NCBI RefSeq assembly: GCF_006345805.1
Contig: NC_042997.1
Span: 81,158,001-81,222,000, forward strand
Source of the DNA: Octopus sinensis
Lineage: Eukaryota
DNA length: 64,000 nucleotides
Direction: 5' to 3'
Notes under the pieces: generated by a model
The model's input: the letters and a program-made list of their open reading frames with translations, nothing else
Database searches by the model: none
Told to the model about the DNA's origin: nothing
Translations under genes and position numbers: made by a program
Shown: positions 1 to 11,131 of the stretch, piece by piece
How the letters are laid out: each line of letters begins with the position of its first letter
Numbering within the stretch: the stretch's first letter is position 1

Positions 1-18
1 TTATTATTATTATTATTA

Positions 19-67
<49 letters not shown>

Positions 68-70
68 TTT
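1..70. repeat. (ATT)n microsatellite
   Basis: Direct reading of tandem ATT units. Confidence 0.95.
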
Positions 71-732
71 ATTATAGTTGTCATTGTTCTTATTTTTATT
101 ATAGTTATCATTACCAATATATTATCACTAGCATTGCTGTTACAGTTATAATCTGCAATACATTAAAAGTCAGTTTTAATATTGCTTACTTGCTTGTAAT
201 GTCACTCAGTGAAATTAGCACATAATTGGAAAATACCATGAATTAAGTTTACCCTGAAATGTTAATATGAATCGAACGAAACAAGTTTCATATAAATTGG
301 TAAAGTAGTTTTCAAGATATTAGAGATTTTCAGGGTATAAATACCCAAAATGGTGCATAATGGGAAAATGTTCTGAAAATAATCTTCATCCTTGAAAGGA
401 AGAAACTGTTTCTGTTAGACAGTGAGTTGACAACAAAAACAAAAATGATTTCTTTTATTTTCAATTTCTATTTTCACTATTGTTAAACACAAAATGTTAA
501 TCATTTACAAATATTTTTAAGTGAATGTGATTTCAAAATGTAAGCTGTTTGTACAGTAAGTATGTATATTTTAGCTTTCTTTAAACAGACAATATTTTAA
601 TGGTTTTTAAAATTATTTTCAAGTGAATACCATTACAAAAATGTTTTTGGTATATTTAAAAAATATCCTAAAGGGAAAATGGCTTTAAAAATACAGTAGA
701 TATTTTGAGTGCATTCAACGTATATCCCCTCC

Positions 733-851
733 AAAGATTTGGCTGCTATTTCTAGCATGCCCTGCTACCACGTAACAGCTATTTGTGAAAAAGGACCTGA
801 AATACCTGTTATGTGGTAGCAGGCCATGCAAGAAATAGCAGCCAAATCTTT
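733..851. repeat. Short foldback inverted repeat, 52-bp arms and 15-bp loop
   Basis: 733-784 is the reverse complement of 800-851 with 4 mismatches. Confidence 0.9.
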
Positions 852-1935
852 CCAACCCACGAAACAAAACTCTGTTGCAAGGAAACTCAGTGTTTTCCGA
901 TGACCCAACATGTCATGGATAGTCTAGTTATTATTATCATTATTATCATTGTTGTTGTTGTAGTTGTTGTTATTGTTGTTACTATTTACATTGTGACTGG
1001 CTATGTTGATATTACACCTATTTTTACCTTCTATAATGCTCTCTAGGTTAGGTAAAGTTGAGAATGAAATTCTTATCTTACATTTATTAAAGATATGGTA
1101 AGATTTAGTGCATGCGGGGGGAAATTTTTCACAAAAGAGGCAAATAACTTTTTAGAAATTTTTTTATTAATATTGGCTGACCAAGGGGGATTAAACCAGA
1201 TTGGGGCATCATTGTTTGAGTTTGACAAACTTTTGGATTTGCAGTATCTAAATTTTTATGTTTTAATGGTACTCTCAAGATAATCAGTGCCGCTATGCTT
1301 ACTTGCAGTGTTATTAAATTTACTATTACCATTACTGCTATTAATACGATTCATATAAGTAACATTAATGTTGGCAAATTTATCATTACATTCATTATTA
1401 TTGTTAATATTCAACACAGGTCTGTCAGTATTACAAATATCAATCACAGAACTATTAGTTTCAGTAATAATAATGGTACAATTGCTAATCTTTTTCTCTT
1501 TCATCAAAAACGTCTTTATGCACATATTACTACTATGACTATTACCACAAATATTCATATTATTATTAGTATTATTATTGTTATTATTATTATCAGAAGA
1601 ATTGTTATCAAGACTATTATTATTAATACTATTTTTGATGTTGCTATTGTTGTTGTTGTCATCATCGTCATCATCATCATCATCATTATTATTAATGCTA
1701 CTATTAACAGAACAATCTACTTTGTTCAAGTTGATATGGGAAGCTACATTATAACATTATGATTTTTATTATTTGCTTTCTTAATTTTCTTGTTCTAAAG
1801 CTCAGGACTTCCTAGACTTTTACAGTTATTTTTACTATTGCACATGATTGTATTTCAGTATGTATTTATATTTTTGCTCATACTATCCTGTTTTGTATGA
1901 TCTTTCATTTTACTAGTCACAAAAACATAGTTAAT

Positions 1936-1976
<41 letters not shown>

Positions 1977-2027
1977 AAATCAAATTGCGATAAAATAAAA
2001 ATAATTATAATCGCTGGTATTATATCA

Positions 2028-2180
2028 TCATCGTTTAACATCTGCTTTCCATGCTAGCATGGGTTGGATGATTTGACTGAGGGCTGGCGAACCAGATGGC
2101 TGCACCAGGCTTCAATCTTGATCTGGCAGAGTTTCTACAGCTGGATGCCCTTCCTAACACCAACCACTCCGAGAGTGTAG
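2028..2180 (-). mobile_element. SINE-like repeat family S1 (ends in (GAT)n on its sense strand)
   Basis: The motif ttccatgctagcatgggttgga...ctacagctggatgcccttcctaac recurs near 4355-4555, 27700-28010, 32060-32255, 32835-33240, 56748-56925, 57140-57280 and 63140-63400. Confidence 0.8.
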
Positions 2181-2224
2181 ATCCCTAAAACCCTAAAGCC
2201 TTAACCCTAAAACTTTAACCATAA

Positions 2225-2260
<36 letters not shown>

Positions 2261-2262
<2 letters not shown>

Positions 2263-2378
2263 TGTGATCACGTGACCAACCAGACCATCAGATGTTGTTA
2301 CACATCGCTGGTCACAATGCGTTCGCATTGTTTTAGCCTTCGAATGACGCCACCCTGCTGCCTAAGTGAGCAGGCCAA
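2261..2378. repeat. ~120-bp (TA)n-flanked interspersed element
   Basis: A second close copy lies at about 32360-32479, also between (TA)n tracts. Confidence 0.75.
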
Positions 2379-2904
2379 TATATATATATATATATATATC
2401 AGGTTAAGTAAAAAGTAAGCAACGTTTTGATCCATGAAGAATTTGTACCAGGTTTTTGCAGTTTTGAATTTTTTTTAAACAATTTTTTGCAGTTGTCTGA
2501 TAATACAGACATAGACTTTCCAAATGCATCAATAAATTAACATTTATATTTTTTCACTGTTGTTACAATCATCTGAAATGGAACTGTCAAAACGCAATAT
2601 TCAAGCAATTTTGATATTCCACTTCAAAAAAGGATGTAAAGTTGCTGAAACTGCTCGTGATATCAACAAAACATTTGGTGAGGAAATGATCAGTGAGTGG
2701 TCAGCTCAAAAATGGTTTAAACAATTTCACAGTGGAAACTTGAGCCTTGAAGATTGTGAGCATACTGGACGCCCATCTGTCATTGACAATGGCCATTTGT
2801 ATGTGATTGGAAAATCAAAAATGCTCGACAAATGTGCAGATATGAAATTTGTTCATCGCTTCTTCTCCATAACCAGACCAATCCATTTCTCAACTGTATT
2901 GGGC

Positions 2905-3570
2905 AAGACTTTCGCCTGTCCCCCCACCAAAAAAAACACCCTTTTTTAAAACTTTTTTTTTTGACACAGGGAATATGAATCTGCAAAAAAATTGGCAAAA
3001 ATCGACATTTCTAAATTACCACCCCCATTTCCTTCATTTTAAACTTTTTTCAGAATCTTTTTTCTCTCAAAATATGTGGAAAAATACGGAGATTATGATT
3101 CTGAAAAAAATTTCCAAAAATCTTTGAAAAATTATTTTTAAGAATTTTTCTTTTCTAAATATGTGGAAAAATACAGACATCAGGATTCAGACAAAATTTC
3201 AAAACCTTTCTGTACTTATGGTTATGGTTTTAGGGTTACAGTTAGAGTTTTAGGGTTAGGGTTAGGGTTTTAGGGTTAGGGTTAGGGTTTTAGGGTTAGG
3301 GTTAAGGTTTTAGGGTTTGAGTTAGGGTTTTAGGGTTAGGGTTAGGGTTTTAGGGTTAGGGTTTTAGGGTTAGGGTTAGAGTTTTAGGGTTAGTGTTGTG
3401 GAAAAGTCAAAATTGAAGAAGTTGGGGTGGAAAAATTTTCACAATGCCGATTTTTGGCAATTTTCCGGAACCTCCATATCTGAAAACGGGGATTTTGGCA
3501 AAAAAAAAATTTTTAAATAAACAAATTTTTGAGAAAACGGTGGGGGATACTCCTCTATTCCAGACTGGTC
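2905..3570. mobile_element. Non-autonomous element with imperfect inverted arms and internal telomere-like repeats, nested in the mariner
   Basis: Arms 2987-3050 and 3402-3464 are roughly 70% reverse-complementary; internal direct repeat at 3055-3130 and 3140-3210; TTAGGG/TTTTAGGG array. Boundaries approximate. Confidence 0.6.
3222..3393 (+). repeat. Interstitial telomere-like array, 20-bp unit of TTAGGG plus TTTTAGGG variants
   Basis: Direct reading: ttagggttagggttttaggg repeated. Confidence 0.95.
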
Positions 3571-3947
3571 AACAAAAGAGATTGCTTGACCACATGTTTC
3601 ACTAATGCTCCAGAAGTTGAGGGAACTTGGCTATGAAGTTCTTTCCCACCCAGCTAATTTCCCAGGTCTTTCTCCTACCAACTACCTCTTTTTCAAGCAC
3701 CTTGATGATTTCCTGCAAGAGAAGGAGTTCAAAAATGAAACCAATGCTGAAAGTGCATTCAAAGAGTTCATCAGCTCCAGAACTCCAGATTTTTATGTTA
3801 CTGGAATAAACAAACTTGTAACTCATTGGCAAAACTGTGTTGATTGTAATCATACTTACTTTGATGAATAAAATTTCCTCATTGTTGAAATATATTGTGA
3901 TGAATCTCATGTTCCAAAACGTTGCTTACATTTTACTCAGCCTGATA

Positions 3948-3964
3948 TATATGTATGTATGTAC

Positions 3965-3995
<31 letters not shown>

Positions 3996-4067
3996 TGCAT
4001 GTATGTATGTATGTATGTATGTATGTATGTATGTATGTATGTATGTATGTATGTATGTATGTATGTA
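3948..4067. repeat. (TATG)n microsatellite
   Basis: Direct reading. Confidence 0.95.
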
Positions 4068-4207
4068 TACTTTTGCTATTGAAGGATGGGCAAATAAAAC
4101 ATCATGTCATGCCTTTATATGGTATTTGGATATGGTTTTAAAAAGATTATGCTCTTATATAGAGCCTTCACCATGTGTGTGTGTGCCAGTGTCTGCATAT
4201 ATATATA

Positions 4208-4248
<41 letters not shown>

Positions 4249-4632
4249 TATCATCATCATCATCATCATTTAACATCCTTGGGTAAACATTGTGAGTGGG
4301 ATTTGGTTGAGGTCTTTCATATGTGTATGTGGTGTCATGTAAAAGCATGTGTAGTGCCATGAAAAAGTGCCTGTGTGGTGCCATGCAAAAGTACACACCA
4401 CACTTTGTAAAGTGGTTGGTGTTAGGAAGAGTATCCAGCTGTAGAAACCATGCCAAAACAGACAGAGATCCTGAACAGCCCTTCAGCTTGCCAGCTCTGG
4501 TCACACTGTCCAACCTATGCCAGCAGACATTAAATGATGATGATAATGATGATGATGCTATGTATATATATATCGTTTGTAGAAAACAAATCTGAAAGAA
4601 GAAGCACACTCTAAGATGTAGAGCAGTACATA

Positions 4633-4873
4633 TTAAAAATGGGGAAGGCTGGTTTATGGGATTACCTTAGGTTTCCCATCCATAAAGGGTTTAGCTTTAT
4701 GGTGTATTGTCAGATCCCAAAAACCTGTTGGCCCATGACCTCTTAAAAAAACTTTTTTTTTAAGAGGTCATGGACCAACAGGTTTTTGGGATCTGACAAT
4801 ATGCCATAAAGCTAAATCCTTTATGGACAGGAAACCTAAGGTAATCCCATAAATCGACCTTCCCCATTTTTAA
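4633..4873. repeat. Loopless foldback palindrome, ~120-bp arms
   Basis: ttaaaaatggggaagg...gacctcttaaaaaaa is mirrored by tttttttaagaggtc...ccttccccatttttaa with few mismatches. Confidence 0.95.
4788..4848 (+). ncRNA. Type I hammerhead ribozyme motif, degenerate (G8A); mirror copy on - strand at 4658-4718
   Basis: Stem I gggat/atccc; core ctgacaa (from CUGACGA); stem II helix ccataaag/ctttatgg; GAAA; stem III acc-taa-ggt; GUA cleavage triplet at 4841-4843. Confidence 0.7.
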
Positions 4874-4883
4874 CCTATATATA

Positions 4884-5460
4884 CTAGAGGGTAAGGTCAG
4901 AAGCTTCCCTTAAGCCATTAATAATCTTCCTACATATATGCTTGTCAACTATATCGGTCTTTAACTTAGTGGTGTTTATCAACCGACATTTAGAGACAAA
5001 GTTAGCCTTATGGTCCTTAATAGTGATAAAAGTTTTATGTGTGGCTAGTGTCTTTATTTTGTTGTCCGTAGCTAACTTCACAGAAAAATCTTTGGCTCCA
5101 CTGTTTATATTATCATAAGTATACATGTCTGCCCTCATATATCTCCATGGGTGCCATTTCTTAGTACCTGCTCATACAATATTGTCAGCTTCATATAAAT
5201 TCTTTGTGTTATTAGAGAACAGCAAGGTCTTATTTAAGATTTTTAGCTTCAGATCTAGGTTTATTCTGAAAGGAATTTGAAAACATACAGAATGTCAGGT
5301 TCAAGAAGTCTGATTCTATGCAATCCAGGTCCTTGATTCTAAACAAGAACGGTTTTGAGTTAATGCCAAAGCATTCTTTCTTTGAGAGTTGCTGTATGGA
5401 TTGTTGAAGAATATTTTCTGTCACATTCATCTCAGAAGGTCTACAATTTTCTCTAGCAGT
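4884..5460 (-). pseudogene. Penelope-like element RT N-terminal fragment
   Basis: ORF text FITIKDHKANFVSKCRLINTTK resembles the PLE motif FITLKDHK..F...PKCRLINP; the upstream ORF 5230-5430 has a compatible SNSFQNK segment. Confidence 0.75.
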
Positions 5461-6028
5461 CTTTTCACATATTATTCATTGAATAGTTTCGATATGCTCT
5501 TGGTCAAATAATCAATGTCATATGAATCTAAAGTTAATATGAATTTTATAAGTTTTGATAGTGGAGAGCTTACTATCAATAAATGCTGTGGAAGAGACCT
5601 CTTGTTACTCACTATATTTGAGTCAGAAGCATGTTACATGATTGGTTATGGTTCTTAATCAAAATAAAGTGCTCATCTATAGAAAATTAGAGAGGTGGTA
5701 TAATATAGTTTAATAGGGATCATGTTAATTAATGATACAACATGGCTCCCTGTTTAGAGTAAGGTTGATTGTCTCACACTTGTCAAATGTGCACTTCATG
5801 AATTTCAGTTGAATGCAACAAAGGAAAGATGGTTGCTGTAAAAGTCTTGCACATAAAGCCTTTTGGAAAAAAATATTAAAAAATAGTTTTAAAAAGAGAA
5901 AAATTGCATTACCACACTGATACAGACTACCTAGATAGACAGACAGGTAAGTAGGTAAGTAGGAAGATAGATAGATAGATATACAGGCAGGCAGATCGAT
6001 ATATATATATATATATATATAATATATA

Positions 6029-6137
<109 letters not shown>

Positions 6138-6731
6138 TTTATACACACACGGCAATCCAGATAGTATGTATGAGTGTGGTCAGTGGAGATACATGAAAAA
6201 CAAAGCAAGTGAAAAACATAGTACAAGAAAAAATAAGCAAGACTATAAATCAATATAATTATCCTGTGGGGAAGAAACAGAGAAGAATTGATGTTTCAGA
6301 CACAGGTCCTTCACCATCAATAGAATAAAAGTACAAAAAAAATCTAAAAAAGGATAAATTGCCAAGTGTAAAAAGCAGTTCTAATTTTAGTAAGGCAACA
6401 TGGTGATTGGCAGAAGGAAATGGGTAGAGCAGAAGTGTTCAGAATAATGGTTTGAAGCCTAAAGAGCAGAAAGAACTAAGGGAAATAAGCTAGATGAGCA
6501 TAGGAAAGTGTAAGGAATTGCATGTGTGTGTGTGCATGCGTGCAAGCATGCGTGTGTATGGCTAATGGAAGACAGATATTTCTGGCCTAACAGGGTGAAG
6601 TGTATCCTGGTTGCAGCAACATGAAGAAGTGTATGTATAAGAAAGTATGAGTGAGTATGCTGTGGTATGTGTTCTGAAAAATAGAAGAGAGTGTGGTGTG
6701 CTGCTGTCTGAAAAGTGTGAACAGAACATAA

Positions 6732-6771
<40 letters not shown>

Positions 6772-7256
6772 GAGGACTGAAAGTAGATGTGAAAGTATTT
6801 ATTGTTCTGTTTGGATGTTTGGAGGGAAAGCAATGCTTTTAGAGGAAGCAAATTGACAATTAATCCTACCTGGGTTAGTTGTATTTAACCAGAAAATTAA
6901 TTGTTATTCAAGATTCAAATAAGAGAGAGGGGATATCCATGGTTTAGATAAAATACTGGAAAAGCCAAGCATGACACTGGTAGGTGTTGATCTGATGGTT
7001 TATGGTATGAAACTGGGTGTTTAATGCTTCTAACTTCAAATCTTGTCTATGTCAACTTGGCAAAAGAATTGAGAGCCTAAATATGAGGAATGCCACTACA
7101 TTTTAATATCTTTCATTATGGGTCTACTGAATCAGAACTGATTTAGGGTTATACAACAATATGGATGAAATAAAGGGGCAACCTTTATGCAAGTGGTTCT
7201 CAACCAGGTCCATATAAGACTTTGTTGTTAAAATTTATCTGCAATAAATTGGTTAA

Positions 7257-7455
7257 CCCTTTAGTGTTCAGCTGACTGTTAAATGTAGTGCTTATTTATT
7301 CATATTGCTTTGAATTAACCATACATTCATTATCTCATAGTTTTGAGGTTTCAATGATATGATTGTTTATTTTAAGAATGACATTATAGGGTAGATGTGA
7401 AAGACTATATAATCCAGTTTGAATGTAAAACAGATAGAATATTTGGGCAAAAAGG
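7257..7455. mobile_element. piggyBac-like MITE
   Basis: TTAA on both sides and CCCTTT...AAAAGG termini; a related copy at 17138-17352 (ctctttagcatt...aatgctaaaggg). Confidence 0.6.
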
Positions 7456-7479
7456 TTAAACTTCTACAATTCACAAGAT

Positions 7480-7890
7480 ATTTTATTCTTTTATTTGTTT
7501 CAGTCATTTGACTGTGGCCATGCTGGAGCACCACATTTAGGTGAACAAATCAACCCAAGGACTTATTCTTTGTACTTATTCTATCGGTCTCTTAGCTGAA
7601 TCGCTAAGTTACAGAGACATAAACATTCCACTTTTGGTTGTTAAGCGATGGTGGGGGGACAAATACAAATACAGACACACAAACACACACACATACATAC
7701 ACACACACATACACACACACATATTTATATACAACAGGCTTCTTTCAGTTTCTGTCTACCAAATCCACTCACAAAGCTTTAGTCGGCCTAAGGCTATAGT
7801 AGACGACACTTGCCCAAAGTGCCATGCAGTGGGACTGAACCCAGAAGCATGTGTTTGGTAAGCAAGCTACTTACTACACAGCCACTCCAA
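7480..7890 (-). mobile_element. tRNA-derived SINE family S3
   Basis: The sense strand starts ggagtggctgtgtagtaagtagcttgc...gggttc(t)agtcccactgc (A/B-box-like). Other copies near 30275-30430, 33525-33930, 42137-42475, 62968-63125 and 63660-63915. Confidence 0.8.
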
Positions 7891-8220
7891 CAATTTTTTC
7901 TATACAATTCCTAATAATACTTAATCATAAAAATATAGTATTATTTTTTTAAACATTGAATGGCTAAGAGGATCCATCTGAGTAAAATAGGAATCAAAAG
8001 GGTCCATAGTTAAAAAATGGTTGAGAAATATTGTGTGTTTACAATTGTTCAAACTACTGAAAATAGTCAAATCTCTCTCAAATTCACCCTAGTTCAAATA
8101 GAGTAGTCCTAGATACACTTTGATAAAAGATGGGACGATCACAACTGGAACATCTTTGATAATATGTCTGCTGATCTTGGAGTGATTAAAAGTAGGTGAC
8201 TAAACAACAACAACAGCAGA

Positions 8221-8345
8221 GTGGAGACGCCATGGCCCAGTGGTTAGGGCAGAAGACTCGCGGTCATAAGGACGCGGTTTCAATTCCCAGACCAGGCATT
8301 GTGAGTGTTTATTGAGCAAAATCACCTAAGCTCCACAAGGCTCTT
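8221..8345 (+). mobile_element. tRNA-derived SINE head
   Basis: A-box-like tggcccagtgg and B-box-like ggtttcaattcc at tRNA spacing; no complete cloverleaf. Confidence 0.6.
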
Positions 8346-10046
8346 GTGGGGTGGGGGTGGGGTGAACCCCGCTGTACTCTTTCACCACAACTTTCTCTTA
8401 ATCTTTCTTCCTACTTCTGCTACAAAGCAGAAGAACCATGGCGTAACCCACCATAGTGTGGTAAACTTTCAGACCTTAGTCTAGATTGTGAATCCTCTGT
8501 ACCCCAGGATGGTTCAGCTCTCCACCCATTAAAAAGTCACCGTTTATGAAGTGAGGATAACAACATAGCTTTCACGCCCATGCAACCACCAGTCTATCGC
8601 ATGTGGTGAGTGGATCTTCAAGTTGTCGCACGCATTCTTAGTAGCTTAGAGTAGGCTCGAATTAGAGATTATTCTTTGTGGCTAATGGCATGAGTCCTGA
8701 TTGAAAGAAGAAGACAACAGCAGAAGCCAGCCAAGGATAGATCCTCAGAGGGTTCAGTCGACTTGTTAGAAATAGCAGCTAAATCTCTCTCAAATTTCTT
8801 CCTATTAACTCATGGTTACATTAATGGTTAAATGGAAGTTATGGAACAATCTAGAAACTTTATATCATATACCACTTGGAAAAGAAATACCATAGCAGCA
8901 GCAGCATTACTGGAGGCAGTAGTGGTGGTGGTGGTGGTGTTGGTAGTAGTAGTCATAGTACCACCACTACCACTACTACTACAACCACTAACATCACCAC
9001 TACCATCACCCCCCACCACTACTTCTACCACTACTATCATTACTACCACCACTATCAGCACCACTACTACTACTACCACCACTGCTTCTGGCACCATCAC
9101 AACCAACATCATCACCAGTACTACTACTACTGCTTCTGTTGTTGTCATGATAGCAGTCAAAGTAATGACAGTGACAGTGGTGGCAGTTGGTGGCAATTGT
9201 GGTGGTCTTCATAGGGTGTGAGAGCTGGGGGTGACTGTTGTCATCATTACGGGGGGAAGGGGGTACTATCTTTTTTATTTCGTATTTTTACTTTTATCAT
9301 TTTGATTTTTTTAATGACAAGTCATGTAAATTATTAATTTCAGATTTTTACTTTTTTCTCTTGAAATTAAATTGTGCAGAACTATAACAGTGTGAAATGT
9401 GGTTATTGATATGTCAAATAATTATTGTAATAACAAGTGACTGAGGTTTTCTTTTCTTTCTTTCTTTTTTAAACATTCATCTGTTCTTATTTTCACTATG
9501 TGAGTGTGTGTGTGTGTGTATGTATGTGCACATACACTTGTAGGTGTATGTGTATATCATTACCATCATCATCATTTAACATCTGTTCTCCATACTGGAT
9601 TGGCTGGCTGGAGAGGTGCTCAGACTCCCTTTGCCTGTATATATATATAAATTATATAAAAGGGCTTAGTAAAATAAATTACTTTGCCGCATACTGAACT
9701 CATTAGAAATAGCAGCTAAAAAAACTTTTTTAAAGCTATTTCTAATACTTAAAGAAAACCTCTCTCATATAGTGTTTGCTCAAGAGGTTTTCTTTAAGTA
9801 TTAGAAATAGCTTTAAAAAAGTATTGCTCAAGAGGTTTTCTTTAAGTATTAGAAATAGCTTTAAAAAAGTTTTTTTAGCTGCTATTTCTAATGAGTTCAG
9901 TATGCGGCAAAGTAATTTATTTTACTAAGCCCTTTTATATAATGTAATAATTTGAATTCGCCTTAATTGGTCCCTTTGCATACTGAATACTTGGTGAAAT
10001 TGATTAATTAATTAATTTTACCCTCAATTGTTGAAATTATATATAT

Positions 10047-10079
<33 letters not shown>

Positions 10080-11047
10080 CGTTGCTATTATGTTAAAGTG
10101 TTGTATGTACAAATTTAGCCAAATGCTTTTTTCAATATTTATTTCTGCTTGCAATAGCCAGCTCTTTTGGTCAAACCATCATATCTCCAGCTGCTTCCGA
10201 TGCCAAGATATCAAAAATTGTCAAAGTGTAGTATAATGGTTTTACTATGAAATGGTGAAATTATTTTTCTGTTTTCTGAAAAAGCAGCACTTTGTACTTA
10301 AGACACCTTTGGATAATAGCAACGATATATATATTTGTGAACTTTACGTTAGTTAAAATATGTTTGTCACATATTTCAGCTGCTAAAGGCAAATTCACTG
10401 CAGTTACCATGGAGAAAAATTCTCTTTTATAGTAAAAAGTAAGAGGCAAAGTGACTGCCATATCATGTAGAGGAAGGTCTGAGTAAAAGCATAGTGACTG
10501 TCATATCGTGTAGAGGAACAGATTGTTATTGAAAATTTCATTAACAACCTGAACCACTACAATATAAGACCGTCATTTTGCTTCTCATTCGGATTCCCTG
10601 ATATTTTCGCATGATTGTACCCTAAATCTCTCCACAAAACTGGATTATGAACTATAAGGACATACACAAATTTTGTAAGTTCAAGACTTTTTCATCGGAT
10701 CTCCAAAAAATCGAACTTATCTGCGATTCTTGTAAATTTCAATAACAATCTGTTCCTCTACACGATATGACAGTCACTATGCTTTTACTCAGACCTTCCT
10801 CTACATGATATGGCAGTCACTTTGCCTCTTACTCGGATTTTCAGAAATTTTGCATGACTGTATCCGAAAATTTCTTCATACAACTTGATCAAATATTCAA
10901 TATGAGCTATATGTAGACATGCATAAATTCTATAGGTTTAAAACCTTTCATCGGATCTCCATGAATCGAACTTTCTTCAATGCAGTTAATCTTACAACCT
11001 CTTTTGTATCTACCCCTTTTGATGTTTGGGAATTCTCTGATATTTTT

Positions 11048-11131
11048 TCGGCTGACGAGTACGAGCCATCTGTATTCACTGCATTTTTTGTAGCTTATTA
11101 AAGATGTCCTCGTACGAAACGATCGTACCGA
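11048..11131 (+). ncRNA. Type I hammerhead ribozyme, intact core, long stem II
   Basis: Stem I tcgg/ccga; CUGACGA at 11052-11058; stem II gtacgag/ctcgtac (7 bp) closing a 43-nt insert; GAAAC at 11116-11120; palindromic stem III acgatcgt; GUA cleavage after 11127. Confidence 0.88.

Larger units (their letters stand above)
2578..3871 (+). pseudogene. Mariner transposase pseudogene
   Basis: N-terminal HTH MELSKRNIQAILIFHFKKGCKVAETARDINKTFG...WFKQF...LEDCEHTGRPS (2578-2790), a frameshifted YEICSSLLLHNQTNPFL segment, and C-terminal LQKLRELGYEVLSHPANFPGLSPTNYLFFKHLDDFL...WQNCVDCNHTYFDE (3605-3871), matching the mariner YSPDLAP(S)D region. The central catalytic part is missing. Confidence 0.92.
2399..3945 (+). 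mobile_element. Tc1/mariner DNA transposon (Hsmar1/cecropia-like), internally deleted and interrupted
   Basis: 30-bp TIRs tcaggttaagtaaaaagtaagcaacgtttt (2399-2428) and aaaacgttgcttacattttactcagcctga (3916-3945), each flanked by TA; transposase remnants inside. Confidence 0.92.
7191..8033. mobile_element. hAT-like MITE with nested insertions
   Basis: Ends aagtggttctcaacc and ggttgagaaatattg resemble CAGTGGTTCTCAACC-type TIRs; a related end gttgagaaccactg occurs near 14600. Confidence 0.5.

Noticed and set aside
3222-3393. True chromosome end or telomere fusion site
   Set aside because: Short, variant-rich, single-orientation array nested inside a transposon.
8828-9221. Overlapping His/Tyr/Thr/Val-rich ORFs
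   Set aside because: Explained by CCA/CTA trinucleotide repeats that keep several frames open.
10261-11101. Short ORFs (66 and 60 aa) in the tandem unit as encoded proteins
   Set aside because: They overlap inverted and direct repeats, have no recognisable motif and are of chance length.
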